Assembly: GCA_009103225.1 (NCBI GenBank)
Contig: RHPI01002402.1
Coordinates: 1,042,366 to 1,106,365, forward strand
Length of the DNA: 64,000 nt
Direction: 5' to 3'
Origin: Chlorokybus atmophyticus
Taxonomy: Eukaryota > Plantae > Mesostigma and Chlorokybus algae
The notes below the pieces were generated by a model, which saw nothing but the letters and a program-made list of their open reading frames with translations, did not search any database and was not told the origin of the DNA. The position numbers and the translations under genes were made by a program. Of the stretch, positions 13,041-27,369 are shown piece by piece (the first letter of the stretch is position 1; every line of letters begins with the position of its first letter).

Positions 13041-15754
13041 ATGAAGTTCCAAGCAAAAGCTACACAGATTACTAGCTTCGCTACGCTGTGTAAGTTTCGC
13101 CTTGAAGGCCAGGCTGAGCTTGTGCTGCGAGCTGCTTTGCCTGCTCAATCTGCTTAGCATGCTAGCAGAACAGCTGTACGCAAGCTCTCCGTGCTTGATG
13201 GCCGCTCTAACAACGCCCAAGCCCGCAGCCGTGCCAGCTGGCTACTCTCCATGCAACGCCGCCCGCATGCTCTGCGCGTTTTACCCAGCGCCACTGTGCA
13301 TGTGGCTGAAGAGCATAGCAATGTTGATGCCGGTGGTGGCGGCGTCGTCGACGGCGGTATTGTTCATAGCGGTGCCGGCATGGAGCGGCAGGTTGCAGTC
13401 TGCGCTGCCAATGCCAGCTTCTCTACGGCGACGGCGCGAGCTAGGCGCGAGCTTGACAGACAGCTGGTAAGTTGGGTGGTTTGCCCAAGGCCTGTTTGTA
13501 ATTGGTCGCGGAGATGGTCATACCTGGTCATACCTGCTGAATTGGACAAGCTGCGCAGTCGTGTTTATCAGATAAACATCAACAAGATGCTCACCTCAAT
13601 ACGTGCGTGCTTGTTCAGTGTTGATCATGCAGTGTGCTTAAGCTTGATTCCCTGACTTCTGTTTCTGGAATTGTCATACAGTCGCCAGCTTTATCAGCCG
13701 TTGATCCAGGCGCTAAGGCTGGTGCGCTTTTTGTTCTTTTTGGCGTGTTGCTCTTGACCAAGATTTACTACTTGCATTGAGCCATCACATCTAGTCACAG
13801 ATGTCGTAGAAAGTCTGCTCAAGGAGGACCAATATGCAGACTGGTGCGGTTTGCATTTTCAGCTCGGAAGCTAAGCTGTCTACTTGATGCGAACAACCCA
13901 GCGCCTGCTGCACCCATTGCATCGCGTCACATGTTGAGAGCTTGTTGTGCACAAAAACTACACTATTGGTCCTCATTGACTGAAGTACTGCAGTTGACCA
14001 CTTGTGGAATGCATTATATGCAGGTCGTGTGCAAGGTTCTTTCCTCTGCACGCGTCAACCAGCGCATGCGCTGGCAAAGACTTCAGAGGTCCAAGAAAGC
14101 CTAGCAGTACAAGGTCATCATCATCGCAAAGGTTTCCCAATCCCCTTCAACGGCTCTTTGACAATAAGGTGAGCAACAGTGACAGAACATGTCCACCGTC
14201 CAGTGATCTCAGTTGCGCATGTATGTTCGCACCGCAACATGTAATGGTTGCTGGCCACCTATCTGTGACTGTCAACTTGCAGATTATTGCAGCCAGCCTA
14301 GACTCACGACCTTGCCTGCGGTCTCAATGCCTATGGTCTCATCATGTTGCCTGTATGTTCAGGACGAGCTGATTGAAGTGTCGGGATGGTTTGCTCTAGG
14401 ATCCTCCCTGGTAAGCATCGCACTAGCTCCTTGTGTACGTCTTGTTGTACAGCGCAGCTGGGCAATGGTATCCTTGCAGCTCTGGTTGCTACTGCGGGCA
14501 CCTTGTCAGCAATATTCAGCCAACTTTAGCACATGTTCAATAGCAGCATTCACATGTCTTGTGGCATTATGTTGCAGGTTGTGCTAGCCCGCGTTACCTT
14601 CTTCAACCCCACATGCGTACCGTCCTCCAGCATGTTCCCCACATTGCAGGTGATTGCCGCAGCAGATTACCGCAACATCTTGCTTAGGTTACCACAGTCA
14701 CTGTTGTCGACCCATACCACCAGCATGCCAGTGCGCCTCAAACTGATGTTTTTGCACAACTGATTTCAACAGCGCGGTGACTGCGTGCTCGTGGACACCT
14801 TTTCGTACCGCGTTGGCTTCCAGCCGATTCCTGGGGATGTGGTGCGTGCAGCTCGAGATGTCGTGCTCAGAGATGTGTTGCACATCCAAGAATGGCAATG
14901 GCATAATGCTGGACTCTACATGTATATAAGCCAACATTGTAACGGCAACCAGCGCAGGTTGTGTTTGAACTACCAATTGGGCTTGAAGCAGCAAGTACGG
15001 TTGCAAGCCTTGCGGTTGCAGATGGCACGCATGCTAACATAGAACTTTATGCTCAACCTTTATCGGTGGTTTGTAGTGTTACAGGACATGACGGAGAATG
15101 ATGAGCCGGTTCAGTACGTGAAGCGTGTTGTCGCCATGGCTGGAGACACTGTTGAGGTGTGATGTTAAGCAAAGCGGTCCCATGCTTGGCATAGCATACA
15201 TGGTTCATGCTCAGGTTGACGTGAAATGCAAACCCTATGTTTGTTCCCTGTTTGCCAGGTACGAGATGGTAAAGTCGTTGTCAACGGCGAGCCCAGGCTG
15301 GAGGAGGCCTTGCGGGTGTCACCTGATGCTGCTGATGTCTTGAAAGTTAGTACCAGCTTCATGCAGCAGAGAGCATGCAGGCACTGGCATGTGCTTGCAG
15401 GCAACTAAGCTGAGCTGGATGCTCCTTGCAGGCCAAGTACTCAGTAGCTCAAGTTGAAGTGCCGCCCAATTCCCTGTTCGTGCTGGTATGCAACAGATAA
15501 ATAACACATGGTCGTCCAGTGTCTCTCCTTTGGGTTGCACATGCTTCATGTCCGTAGCATGCAACCCACTGTGCGATGCGCGCAGCTACCTGTAAGTATC
15601 TCCTGTGTTGAACCTGCATACAATGACCATGCAGGGCGACAACAGAAATCGAAGCATTGACTCACATGTGTGGAGCTTCCTCCCAAAGCAAAATGTTGTC
15701 GGGCGCTGCTGGTGGCGCTTTGCACCTGGAGATCGAGTTGGGCCCATCCAATAA
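13041..15754 (+). CDS. Type I signal peptidase (thylakoid/organellar processing peptidase-like), multi-exon; 5' end uncertain
   Basis: VPSSSMFPTLQ (catalytic Ser), LVDTFSYR...PGDV, YVKRVVAMAGDTVE|VRDGKVVVNG (catalytic Lys) and GDNRNRSIDSHVWSFLPKQNVVGR. Stop TAA at 15752-15754. Confidence 0.88.
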
Positions 15755-16899
15755 TGGCATTGCATGGCAGGCAACCGAGGCTGCCTAGCACACGATAGAT
15801 CTGTTCTGGAATATTGTGCGGGTGCGTAGTAGTTCCGCTGCTCCACGTGCATTGCAAGGATCTTATGTTGATGTGCAATGTTTGGCACTGCGAGTGCATG
15901 CTTAGCTTGCACTCACTCGCTTGAAGATAATGGTTGCTTTGAAGGCACAAAATATGTGTATGACACATACGTTAGTGTAGTGAAAGAGGGGCCCCCAAGC
16001 ATAGACACAAGCGCAAGCAAGCAAGCTAAAGCATTGCCACACATGCACAACCATTAGCAACCTAGGTATACAACTAGGAGGCTGGTCTTATGTGAAATGC
16101 CAGACGAGGGCAGGCAGGGTAGGGGGAGGACGGAGCTGGAGCTATTTGCAGAGGAGGAGAGGATTGCAAGGGAGAGGTTAGGCCCACGGCAATGACCACA
16201 AGCAGGACGCCGACAGTGCTGATGCGGACACAACCAGCCCCAGCGCCGCACCTCACCACCACAGATCTTTATACCCCTTGTTACAAGACTCACCATAACA
16301 CATAGCCTTCTGGTCTTTTGTACACATTCATTGCAATTGCTATGATGCATTACGTAGCTCGGTGTGCAAGGTACCCTCTCTAGTGCAAACAGTACTCACC
16401 GATCCTAATACGGACTGGCGGCGGGTATCACACCCAGTGAACAATAGATACCTTGTACCATTTTTGGAACTTCAAATCGTTGGGTGCAATGCAAGTAGTG
16501 GTGTGTAGAGGGTAGAGGATGCCCACCTGCCCACAAGCGCAAAAGAATTAAGGAGTTGTATATAGGCTCAATGAGGTTATATGGGGTATAAGTCATAGTT
16601 TAACCGTGCATTTCAGGCCATGCTCAAAAGTAAGACATACACCACAGGCAAGGCAGGCAAAGCAAGCAAAGACACTTTCATTAAGGCCCATTTCTATTAT
16701 CATTGACATACAAGCGTCCGCTGTCAGTGCTGGTACCATACCTACCGGCTCAATAATACACAATCAACACACAACCCAAAACGCACACCCCGTCATGCTA
16801 AGCAAGCGCGGCGTCTGTCTTAAAAATCGGAGGGCCTTGCGCCACAAGACCCCATCCCAGCACCGCAGCTACCGCCAAAGCTCCTCGCTTCGCTAAATC

Positions 16900-18240
16900 G
16901 CTATGACCTACGCCCGCTGCAAAGCGCATGCTACACGCTGACAGCAAATGCGGATGAAGCCCTCTAGACGCCGTGGCTCCACCCCGCACTGTGGCAATGT
17001 GGCGCGTATACAAACGCAGCACATGCTGGAAGAATCAGCTCCCAGCGCCGCGGACGGTCCGCTACGTTTCCATCGCAAGCGGGTAGAAGGCGTTTCCTGG
17101 CCGGTGGTCATCATACTTGCAACGCTTCGCCGCTTCCGCCACACAGATGGCCGCACCGGCGCGATCCCCACACGCCATGACGTCCAGCAACAATTTCCGT
17201 CGCTTCCAGGCTTGGATGCCACGAGATCCAACCGTCTGCCCTGCACCTTTGGGCATGAAACCACACTACTCGCGGCTGACCACAAACCTTGCCTCCGTCA
17301 GCAGGGGGAACATCTCGTCACGCATCGCGTCGTGTGTGGCGGTACGTGCTCGGCCAACGCCGCATCGAAGCAAGTGAGTGCCCTTTAGCTCCAGCGTAGT
17401 CCCGCACACACAGTGCGTCACGCCCGCCAACAACGGGTGTGGTAGCCTCAAGCGTACGTGCAACGCCGTCTGCAAATATCGCAGGACAATCTTGTCGCCG
17501 GCGTTCATGGCAGTCTTGTCAGCCACGCACCAGCACCCAACCCCGCGGCAGACGGCCGCCATGACACGTCCTTCACCGGGGCGCCACTGTTGTGGATAGT
17601 AATCATGGCAACGTCCACCGTCTCCCTCAAGTCCTGCTGCTGAAAATGTGCCATGGTGCGCGCCAATGCCGAGAGCGGCGATTTCAGGCGACGCGACGCC
17701 GGCGGCAACGAAGCATCAGCCGCATGCAAGTCCTGCTGAAACAAGAGTGCGCCGGTGTTGACGCCCTCAATGGCCGCAACCGTCTCACTATCCATTTGCG
17801 AAAAGATGACGACGACGCTCCCCAATCGCCCACACACGCTGCGCCGCGGCGGGCGCATGAGCAGTCATACAGCGCAGACCCACACAGCCGGTCGCAACAG
17901 GCAGCGATGCCGGCACCGTGATGCGGGTTCCGGTAGTGGGCCCCCTGCTCTCCGTACTTGGCAATACCGGCTGTCGCAACAAGTGTTTATTATGTATAGT
18001 GGAAGCTTCCTGCGTTGATGTGGTGAGTTGTTGGAAACGCAATTGCATTCCTCATGTTGGCTGGCGGGCGTCGTGGTACGTTTGGCGAGTTTCGGCAGCA
18101 CTCGCAAGGAGGGCATTCTGCTGCACGCTGAAGGGTGTCACATCCATTTACACAATGTCGTACGCGACGTCATAGTCATAATCATGCGCGACGCGTCGAA
18201 CACGGCCATCAAGAGCAGCAGTCTATACAATTGCCAACCA
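16900..18240 (-). mobile_element. Decayed non-LTR retrotransposon 3' part (RT end + CCHC + restriction-like endonuclease; CRE/R2/NeSL-type)
   Basis: Frameshifted pieces include LPVATGCVGLR and GAGAWLT, then CVCG...THLLRCG...HDAMRD, RRLDLV, LLLDV, AEAAKRCKY, FYPLAMET and RVACALQRA. These are the motif order of early-branching RLE-type LINEs. Confidence 0.75.
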
Positions 18241-19340
18241 TTCAGATACAGAGTAATGGAGTAAACGAGGCAGTTAGGATTGTATCAACCATTGTCAACG
18301 AGTGATTACACTGATGCTACAAGCTGTCATTGCAGTAGTGACTCGTTACTACACCATGGACTCTGCAAGTCACATTTTCACCCCTCCCCGTCAATCAGGA
18401 TTCCTGACAAAAGATGGACAGCGGATAGCGCTCAAACATAGCTAGGACACGAGCAAGCTCTTTGCAAGTGATTGACAGACGTCTCATGTCCCTCAAATCA
18501 AACCATGGCTGCTGTGATGAAAGTCGCTGCATGCAAAGCCGACGTGTAATGCGCATGGAACAGCATCAAAGCAATCTAGGAGCGGTGTACTCAAGCACAA
18601 GTGTTCTGCGGATTCCAGCAGCTGAGGTGACAAACTTATGGCAATTGATGCACACAACTACCTTGAAACCGTCAAAGCTTACACTACAGCACTGCAATCT
18701 AACTTGTACCCATCAACACCTCTGGTCTCGCACTGGCTTGCTGGAGCGTCACAGCCTTTGGGCCACCACCTGCTGCTTTCAAGCTGGCTGCTGCTGCGTC
18801 TTCTGTTAAGATGGTTGTTGACTGCTTTGAGCCGGTACACTGCATCTGCTACCTAACTGAGTTGACTGACCGGAGTTCTGCAAAGGCGAGCTCAAGCACC
18901 ACCATGTGCTGATAGCTCTTGGCACTGAACATGTTGGCGCAACTCTTCAACTCTCCCTCGCGCATCTCTGTCCTGACCCTCTGAGCAACGCAACTGTCCT
19001 GTGCGTTGGGAACCCAAGGCCACTGCTGAGTGCTGCGCAAACAAGGCTTGTAGCTGTGGGGAGAATGCTGCGAGCACTACAACACCAATAAACATGATTG
19101 CAGCATGTGCAATCATGGTCAAGGATGCTGCCAGCCTTGCAGGCCGCGTGTACAGCATGCTGCATGTGGACGCAGTACGGCAGGAAGCGTCACCATCATC
19201 TTGTGGACTTGATGTGCACTCCAGCAGCTACGCTGTCGGCGTGCAACAGGACAGATGCCCTGATGCGCCTCGGGAGGTCAGCGACTCCGCAGATGGACCA
19301 CCTGCATCTGCGGCACATGCAGTAAGCTGTCCATTGCAGG

Positions 19341-22300
19341 TTACATACTACCATATAGACAGTGCAGACAAGGCGAACAGCAAAGGCTTACCATGTTTTC
19401 ACAAGGCTCCACAAGGCGGCAACTTACTTCTGAATGACCGCCCAGCGTTTCTGATTTATATAGGACAGTGTGAGATTGCATTGCCATAGCAAAGCTGGCA
19501 ACAGGAACTATAGCATCTGTACCTACTCCTACCTCTCCAGCAGCAAGTGCTGCCGCGACAGTCTGAGGCTTGTGCTGGTGTCCAACCTTCCCTCGCCTAC
19601 CGCGTGAGCTGGAAGGCCCTCCTGCAACGAACCTTTGGCATCCAAACAAGGCGAATTGCATAGCCCTACAAATGCAGGCAGCATGACGACCAAAAGTTGC
19701 TGGCAGATCAAAGCACGCCGGGCATCAGGTTGCAAGTATTTACCCGCATCAGAGTTGTTGGAAGACCGTGGACTCCCGCTCTGGCTACCACCTTCAGACT
19801 TTTGAAATGCTTCTGGTATGCCAGCCTCAACTGTTTGGCTCTGCTCCTTCGCTGATGGCTTGGGTTTTGTAAGGATGGTCTTTACTTGCATCGCACCATT
19901 GGATGCTGGAGTTGCTGAAACAGAAGCTGCCGCAGCTGCCACTGCAGAGAGGAGAGGTGCGATTGGTGCAGAGTCTGGGCGTCGCCTTGGGGTCCACACT
20001 TGCCGGTCAGGTCTATCCTTATTACGAAGTGGGCGTCCCCCTTCTGTCATATAAGTAGTTGACACCATAGTCAATCGGTCAGGTTGGCCATGACTCAAAC
20101 TTGCTCATGCAGAGCTGCAGGCTTAGGATCATCTTATCGTGATGGGTTGGGGCACAATATGGGAAACTTTACCATGCACAGACAACAGTGCACCTTGTTC
20201 ACCAGGTGCAGAAGTGGGGCGTGTGTCCCTTGGACTGGCAGCATGTGCAACTCGAGTCTGAGATTGCTGCTTGGCCTGAGGAGGGGAAGCGGGAGGGGGA
20301 AGCGGAGGAGAAGGTGCAACCTGTGGTGCAGGTTGGCCACGCTGCAAAAGCATGCGCTGGGGAGGCTCCTGTATACAGCAATATGTGTGTGCAGGTGTGT
20401 CAATGCCAATGTCTCGATCACAGTGCAGCAGCATAACCCACCTGCGATGCTGAAACTGTGGGGCTTTTAGTGAGGATTGAAACTGCACCAGGCTGCAAGG
20501 GTACATGCGCTTGAGGCCTGCCAACAATGGGTATCAAATCAGGTTACAAGGCCCGAGGATGGCTGAGCAGTTGCTATAACTGCAAGAGCGCACCCCTTAG
20601 CAGAAGTTGGCCTGGGTGGTTTTGACGGCTTGCCACCGGTACTTTTATCTGATGTCGCCTCACCCTGCGGACAGCCAGTTGTTACACAGAGCTGTTCACG
20701 CAATTGGCGAACTCCCCATGCCCGTCGCCGTTCTGCGAAACATGTGGCTAGCAACATGTTTCGCACAAATCCCAACGATGCATCAGCTAACTAGCTGCAA
20801 AAAATCATTGCCAATGCCTCCAGCTGACCTCATCTGGAGTTCCAAAGCAAGCCCCATGCCTTACCTCAAATTTTGGTGCTCGCTCGGAGACACTGGCTAC
20901 CAAGGCCTTGGGCTTGGGCTTCGCGCTCTAGTAACACAACTCAGATTGAGCGCACACGCACAAACCGCAGTTACATCACACTTGGCAGTGTAAATACCTC
21001 GCCTCTGTCCTTAGGTTTCTCAACTCTCGATTTGACAGTGATAGGAGTGTCTTTGCCTGCCAACTTCACAACCTTGGCAGCGGATGCGTTACCCCTTTGT
21101 TGCTGCACGTGTAGCATACGCGGTTCAATTGAAACATATCGCACAGATATGCCCAGAGATTTCCATACACATACATGTATGGAGTGCAATACAACAATGT
21201 ATCCAATTACCCGTGAGGCATCACGATTGGCTCTCTTATTGCGCAGGTAAGTGATCAATGGTGTCAGCACCTCTGGTTCTGTGCCACCAGCAGCTGCCAC
21301 AAACACGAGTGTCAGCACCTCAACATGACATGCTGTTTTGCACACAACTTGCATCACGATGCCATATCTGAACAACTTGCAAGATGTATGCAGCCCACAC
21401 ACCTAACAATGCAGCGCGCTCAGCATCCCTCTTTTCCAACTGCACTTCAGCTGAAGGAAGCATATCCACCTTTGCAGATAGCGAGCTTTCAAAAGCCTGG
21501 TACTCGGAATCTGCAACAGCACATTGTTTTGATACTATCATAGTGATGGCGAAACACCGTGCATCTAGTCCTCGCAGCAAACCAACACAAACTAGAAAGC
21601 AACTTGTATGTAGGCACCTTTCTCATATGTGCCTTCGCGAGGGTCTCTGCGAGGCCTGGAGCGAGGCACCTTCTGAAAGGGTGCGTACTCAACTTCGGCA
21701 CGAAACTGCGCACCTACGACACACAACCATTCGCAACAGTTGACAAGCAAGTGCTGCAAACGGTGTTGAAGCAAGCCTTGCGGATGTAGCAGCCACCTTT
21801 TGTGTTGACAAACAGGTGGCCGTGGAACTCAGCATGGAAATTGAGCACATCTTCAGGCTTCTTGAAATTGAAGTATGCTCTTGACAACACTTGGCGCTTC
21901 TGACTGCGTTAGGGCAAGCAAAGACTCAGTGAGCTACACATGCGCAGCTGAATTTGCAATACCAACGCAGCTTTGCGCAACAGCACAACTTGCAACATGA
22001 TCGTGCAAACCCATGCGTCATCAGCAACATCCATTCTTGCATGCTCGTTTGCACATGCTTGCCGCCCTTGGGCCGTGAGCAAACAGGCCAACCCAAACTC
22101 ACTGATGCTGGTTATGAAGCGACTGTCTCATTGTCTAATTCTGGTCTTAAGCTGATCCAGACTTTGTGTTTGAAACTGTCAAACTCACCCTGCTTTGCCT
22201 TGGTAAAGGTACACCCACGTGTAGCGCCCGGTGAATTTCTTGTTGACGACGTCCAGCAGAGCCTCCTCCGTCAGGGTCGGGGGCAGGTGCCGCACTATGA

Positions 22301-22343
22301 CCTTGGTGTGCGGAGGAGGAGGCGGAGGGGGCGGCTCCGGCAT
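19341..22343 (-). CDS. UPF3: UPF3/Smg4 nonsense-mediated decay factor, multi-exon; 3' end uncertain
   Basis: TKVIVRHLPPTLTEE, SRAYFNFKKPEDVLNFHAEFHGHLFVNTKG, AEVEYAPFQKVP, TPLITYLR and RNKDRPDRQVWTPR. ATG at 22343. Confidence 0.9.
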
Positions 22344-22559
22344 GGTTTGACATATAGACCCAACAAGGAGACAGCGGCGAGGCGAAGCCGACAAACACAA
22401 AGGAGCGACAAAGGTCTCACCCTACACCCTAATCTCAGCACAGATCGCTGCTACTGCTGCTGCTCCAAGAGCCTGCAACGTCGGCCTGCTCGAAGGCAAG
22501 CTTCAACTAACCTGATCAAACCAGCAAGCAATCGCTCCGCCAGGCGCTCAGGCACAGGC

Positions 22560-23690
22560 GGTCTTTACCGCCTACGACCGCGACTTTCCACACCCCGCCC
22601 AGCTGCTCTCCGCCTCCGCCACCGCCTCCGCCAGCCCTGAGGCTGTGGATGAGCCTCAGCGTGTGGAACGTACCGCTCATGTGAGCCAACCGGCCAGCAT
22701 TGATGTGTTGCCACGCAGTCTTGCGGCGGCGCTTAGACGGCGGCGGGCGTGGAGCACGAGGAGGATCAGGACCAGGAGCACAAGCAGAATGTGTTGAGCA
22801 AAACACTACACATGTGAGTTGGTTGCAGCATCAGTTGCTGCATGCATGCCAGAATTGCTTTACTCTTGTTGGCTTGAGAGCTTGTGTGAGCTTGTATGTG
22901 CACGGACTGCATGTATGAAAGATGACTTATACTCTATGCACATGCACGCGGAAATACTAGAGCAGCAAAATCTGGATCTGCACCGCTTGACATCAGTCTC
23001 AGGAGATGTTGCTGACAAACGGTTAGTCGTGCACCCAAAGGGCATGATATTACACACAGAGGCATACGTCTTCTGGACAATTGGTTCAGCACATGCAACG
23101 ACCTTGTGTAAGAGGGTGCCATCCTGAATGAAGAACCGTGTTGTCGTGACAGGGGTGCATGTGTCTGTGAGCGCAAGAGCTTCGCATTGACAGTGCCCAT
23201 GTGAAGGGTGCCACCGCGAAAGGGCGTGAGCTCCCCGATGGTGAACTCAGTGCGGCTCCGCCAGATCAGCCTCGGGGCTGCAGCGTACGATACTTGTGTA
23301 GTTGGTGTTGGCTGCTGTTCATGCATCATATCATGTGGTTTTTCACTCACACCCTATGGGTTATCGGATACTCAACTGTGGAAGCTGGGATGTCTTCAAT
23401 ATCAATTTGCTGTGTGGGGTCAGATTGAGGCCCAGGACTGCCTGAGTTTCCCATGCGATAAGTGAGACTGAACAACCATTTGCCTTTGCATGCAGGCTGG
23501 CGGTGTGTTGGTTTACTGCAAAGGACATCAGCCGCAGCATTCATGCTAACAACGTGCCCGCTTCGGAGCAGCAGACGGCGGCGCTCATACAGCAAATCAA
23601 AAACTCTGAGCAGACGGGCGCCATGCACACCCTGAAGCACATGGGGAATGATGCCACCAAAGGCTGACTGCATGCTGCAGACACAACCTC
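22560..23690 (+). CDS. Possible small spliced hypothetical gene, with a SNARE-like helix fragment
   Basis: Several exon-like blocks bounded by AG/GT (AAGVEHEEDQDQEHKQNVLSKTLH; EQQNLDLHRLTSVSGDVADKR; RIDSAHVKGATAKGRE). No clean start or complete model was found. Confidence 0.25.
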
Positions 23691-24548
23691 TGTACCAACT
23701 GATTGCAGCTCGGTATCGGCGTGAAACCGAAGAAGCCCGCGTGTTGCTGCATGATAACTATCCTGTGGCACCAGAAATTCACTTTAAGCAAAGCAATTGG
23801 CCACATGTGTAGTCTGCTTTTTGTGCACCGCTTAGTGGTTGTTGTTGGTGGTGGTGGTGTGCACATTTGTGTGAAAACCGGTCAAGCATCCGGCTATGCA
23901 GCAGTGCTCCCACTCACATGTGTTGCTGCAATCCAGTGCTCGCATACTTGTACAGAGGATACAACCCACACAACCCATGAGTATTACAATTGTGTGGAAT
24001 CTAGACCATGCGGACATATGCAGTCTAAGGCCACCACCTGGAACACATCTGACGGTGCTGTCATTGTTGAGCATTCTCATGTGCACTGGATGTGTTCTAC
24101 ATGCCATGTTGCCGGTTGGCTCATAGTCAAGGTTGTGGCTACCAGTTACTGATGTTGACGGTCTGTCACTATCAGTATGGTTACAGAGATGGTGACTTGC
24201 ATACAAAGGTCTAAGACACTACTGGCTTGTTTTGTATGGAGCTCCACTGCTACAGCATTGAGTACTCGTGCACTGAGACAGTAACCTCGCGAATGAGAGA
24301 TAGTTGTGTACCAAGAACCCTGGTGGAGGCAAACTCACAAGAGTTGTACATTGCATGCACAACAAACCACTGCAAAACGAATACATTACCAAAGCACTCA
24401 CTAGTAAGCACAAATGTACATTCGGTCATATGCCAGCCTTGCTCACTAGCACATTGGCAAGGAATGGTACCACGCGCCTAACACTCGTGACGGGCGACAG
24501 GTACATGGGATCCCACAGTAAAGATGTACACGCGTCAAGTTTGCAACG

Positions 24549-26838
24549 CTAAGTGAAAGGCAGGAAGTTCACATGAAGAATAGTCCCGGCGATGATGAAA
24601 GTGAAGGCATACACGGCAATGGCTCGCTGTACAGGGAGCAACCACCTACTCCGTGTCTTGCAGAAGACTTGCTGCGCCAAAAACCAGTAGATGGGAGCAC
24701 AAGCTGACAAAAACCTCGTGGACACCTGCACCATGCAAACTGGCTTAACACACCAAACAATCTGCTTTGAATGCCCCTCAAACAGCACCAAACACAGTAC
24801 CTGAACATGAAGCACCGTTAGACAGACCGCCAGAAGGAAGGCAAGGTGATAAACTTGACACTGCACATCATCTGCGTAGTAGCCAGCAACAGCACTCCCA
24901 AGGGCCCTGCCAACGGCGTTGATTGCAGCCGTGTCTACATCCTTTCCGCGAGAGCCACCTGCAGACACACGAGGAAGTTGACTACTTTACAACACAAGAG
25001 CGTACAGGAATCAAACTTTATATATAATTGGCCTGGCACACAGGGCGCTATTGTCAACCCACCTCCTAGTGCATCGCCAGGAAGCTGCTTGTTTGACCAA
25101 AGGCCAAGCGAAGCTGCACGCAAGGGATCACGTCGCCAGTAACTAATGACTGCGGCTGCGGAAATTACAAGAATAGGAAGCGCCAGCACAAAGTTGGGAA
25201 CCTGCTTGACTTCATAGTAACGAAACAGGCCTACGTTCCTGCCAGCAATGCTGACTGTCACAAGTTGTGAATGACATGACAGATGGCCAAAATGCACAAA
25301 TAAGGCAGCACGTGCATTGCTTACCAGTACTCTTTCTGAACAAACCCATAAATGTATGGGAGTTTCTGCTGACACCAGGGCCGTTGCAAACCTTCTGAGC
25401 TGCAAAAGGCGCTTGACCCAAAGTATTGAAACAATATAACTGGTGCGGCTGTCAATGAACACAGCGCAAGCGTGTGCACGGCACCCCGCAATGCCTGTAC
25501 AACAAGTTCTGCTGTCACGTAGGTTGCATCCCAGCCGAGTTGCCTAACTGCAACTGCAGTGGCATGCAAATTTTGCACATTCAAGGCAGGGCAGCATGTA
25601 CCTGCGGAAGAGTAACGACCTGCAAGGCTTGCAAAAAGTCGAACAAAAAGTAACCGCAATGTAGAACACCATTTGAGCGTGTAGCTGATGTCAGTGCAAA
25701 GAACCCAGCTGCAGGCCAGCGCCTGCGCTTTGCAAGACACAGCAACCCCAGAAAAGCGCACGCTGCGTAGACACTCTCCGAGTACCTGCACATGCATACG
25801 TCGATCACACAGGGTACCTGGAGCAACTTAACACATTTTGCGCAACTTGCAGCGCAAGCATGCACTCACAGCTGTCTTGTACATAGCTGCAGCTGCTGAC
25901 GGCCACTCACTCACAGCGTGCTGTGAAAAACTGAGGCAGGGTTGAAACTGTACAAAACTGCAGCTTTCTGCGCCACTCTCACATCCTTCAACAGCTCAAC
26001 ACCGAGTCTGTCAAATGAACTTTGTTTTCGCTGAGCAAATCAGCAGACTGCAACGGCCTCGCATGCAACTTGCATCATGCACGCTGCATTGACGGCTGCT
26101 TCCATGTGTTCAAATAAGTGCTGGTTGTGACCACATGCAAGCAAGTGCGCACCTGAACAGGGACACTGCGGCCATAATAAATGCGCCATTGGATAAGAGG
26201 AGGCCAGCAATGACGATACGGTCATGTAAGGACAGAACTTGGCGGAAGGGCCACAGCACTGTACGCCACACATGCACACTCAGCAGCTAGTCTCACGGTA
26301 AACTGCGCAAACTGCTCCGCAGCATTACGCGCACTTGCATGCGACTACTTGATATAATTGACAGCAGCTTAAGATAATGACGCTGACGCAGCAAGACAGA
26401 CACATACTCCGCATCGTGGCAAACATCCTGTGTGGTGCTGAATTGCTTGCCTACTGAAGCAGTGAAACGCATGACCGCCGGCATGAGAGGAAAGAACGCG
26501 AACATCTGCTCATACTCGTAGCCACAACGCGCAATGCGGGCAAAGTGCACGCCGTCCCACTTGACAAGAGAGGGTAGCACGCCGCGTGCATGCCCAACGT
26601 CAAGCTCATGCCCATGGTCATACAAGCCCTCGGCCTTATCCCCCACAAGACAAGGCGGCACGACGGCAGCGGAGCTGTCGTAATCCTGCACCAGCCAGTC
26701 GCCGGCGAACACCAGGAGCAGCACGAGCAGCCTGGACAGCGTTGCTACGCGGACGACCTGCCACGTGGCTGCCCGAACAAGCCCCTTCTCCCGGGCGACA
26801 TCCTCCTCCACCGCCGCCACCTCCGCGGCCGCCGCCAT
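24549..26838 (-). CDS. PIGV: GPI mannosyltransferase 2 (PIG-V/GPI18)
   Basis: LVKWDGVHFARIARCGYEYEQMFAFFPL, YSESVYA, SATRSNGVLHCGY, NVGLFRYYEVKQVPNFVLALP, TRFLSACAPIYWF and LHVNFLPFT*. Confidence 0.93.
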
Positions 26839-27369
26839 GCTGGCAGCACGGCACAAGTTGCGTTGCTGCTGGTTATAGTCATCATTTGTTTGGTACAAGT
26901 GTACCAAGTACAGGCTCGCACGCTGCATATGCCGGGCGGTTCTCGCACCCGGGCATCCGATGCCTTTGCAACTTTTCGAAGTCAGCTGGTTACGAGCTGG
27001 ATGCTGAGCTAGCCGTGTCGCGTTGTACTTGCCGCCGCCGCCGCCGCCGCCGCTTGGTGCGGCTACGTGCCAGCACCGACGTCGCTGCAGGAGAGGACAA
27101 CAAGGAGGACGGGATGCAGAAGGAGTAGCAAGGGCGGTGCTATCCTCAGAGGCGGTGAGCAGGGTTGGTTGGAAGGCGGCGGTGGGACAAGCAGCAGCAG
27201 CTTGCTGCTGGAGATTTTGTGTGTCAAGGGTGCTGGCGAAGGGTGTTGTTGGACTGCTGTAATAGTGGACACAGTACGCGAAACCCTGACTTCGTGTTGG
27301 GGCTGTTGCACTGACACGGACCCTCTGGTTGATTCACCGGGGCGGACGCCGCTGGCTGGCGGCTTGCAT

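Noticed and set aside
16074-16262. Signal-peptide-like, Pro-rich short ORF
   Set aside because: Too short, with no supportable continuation or homology.
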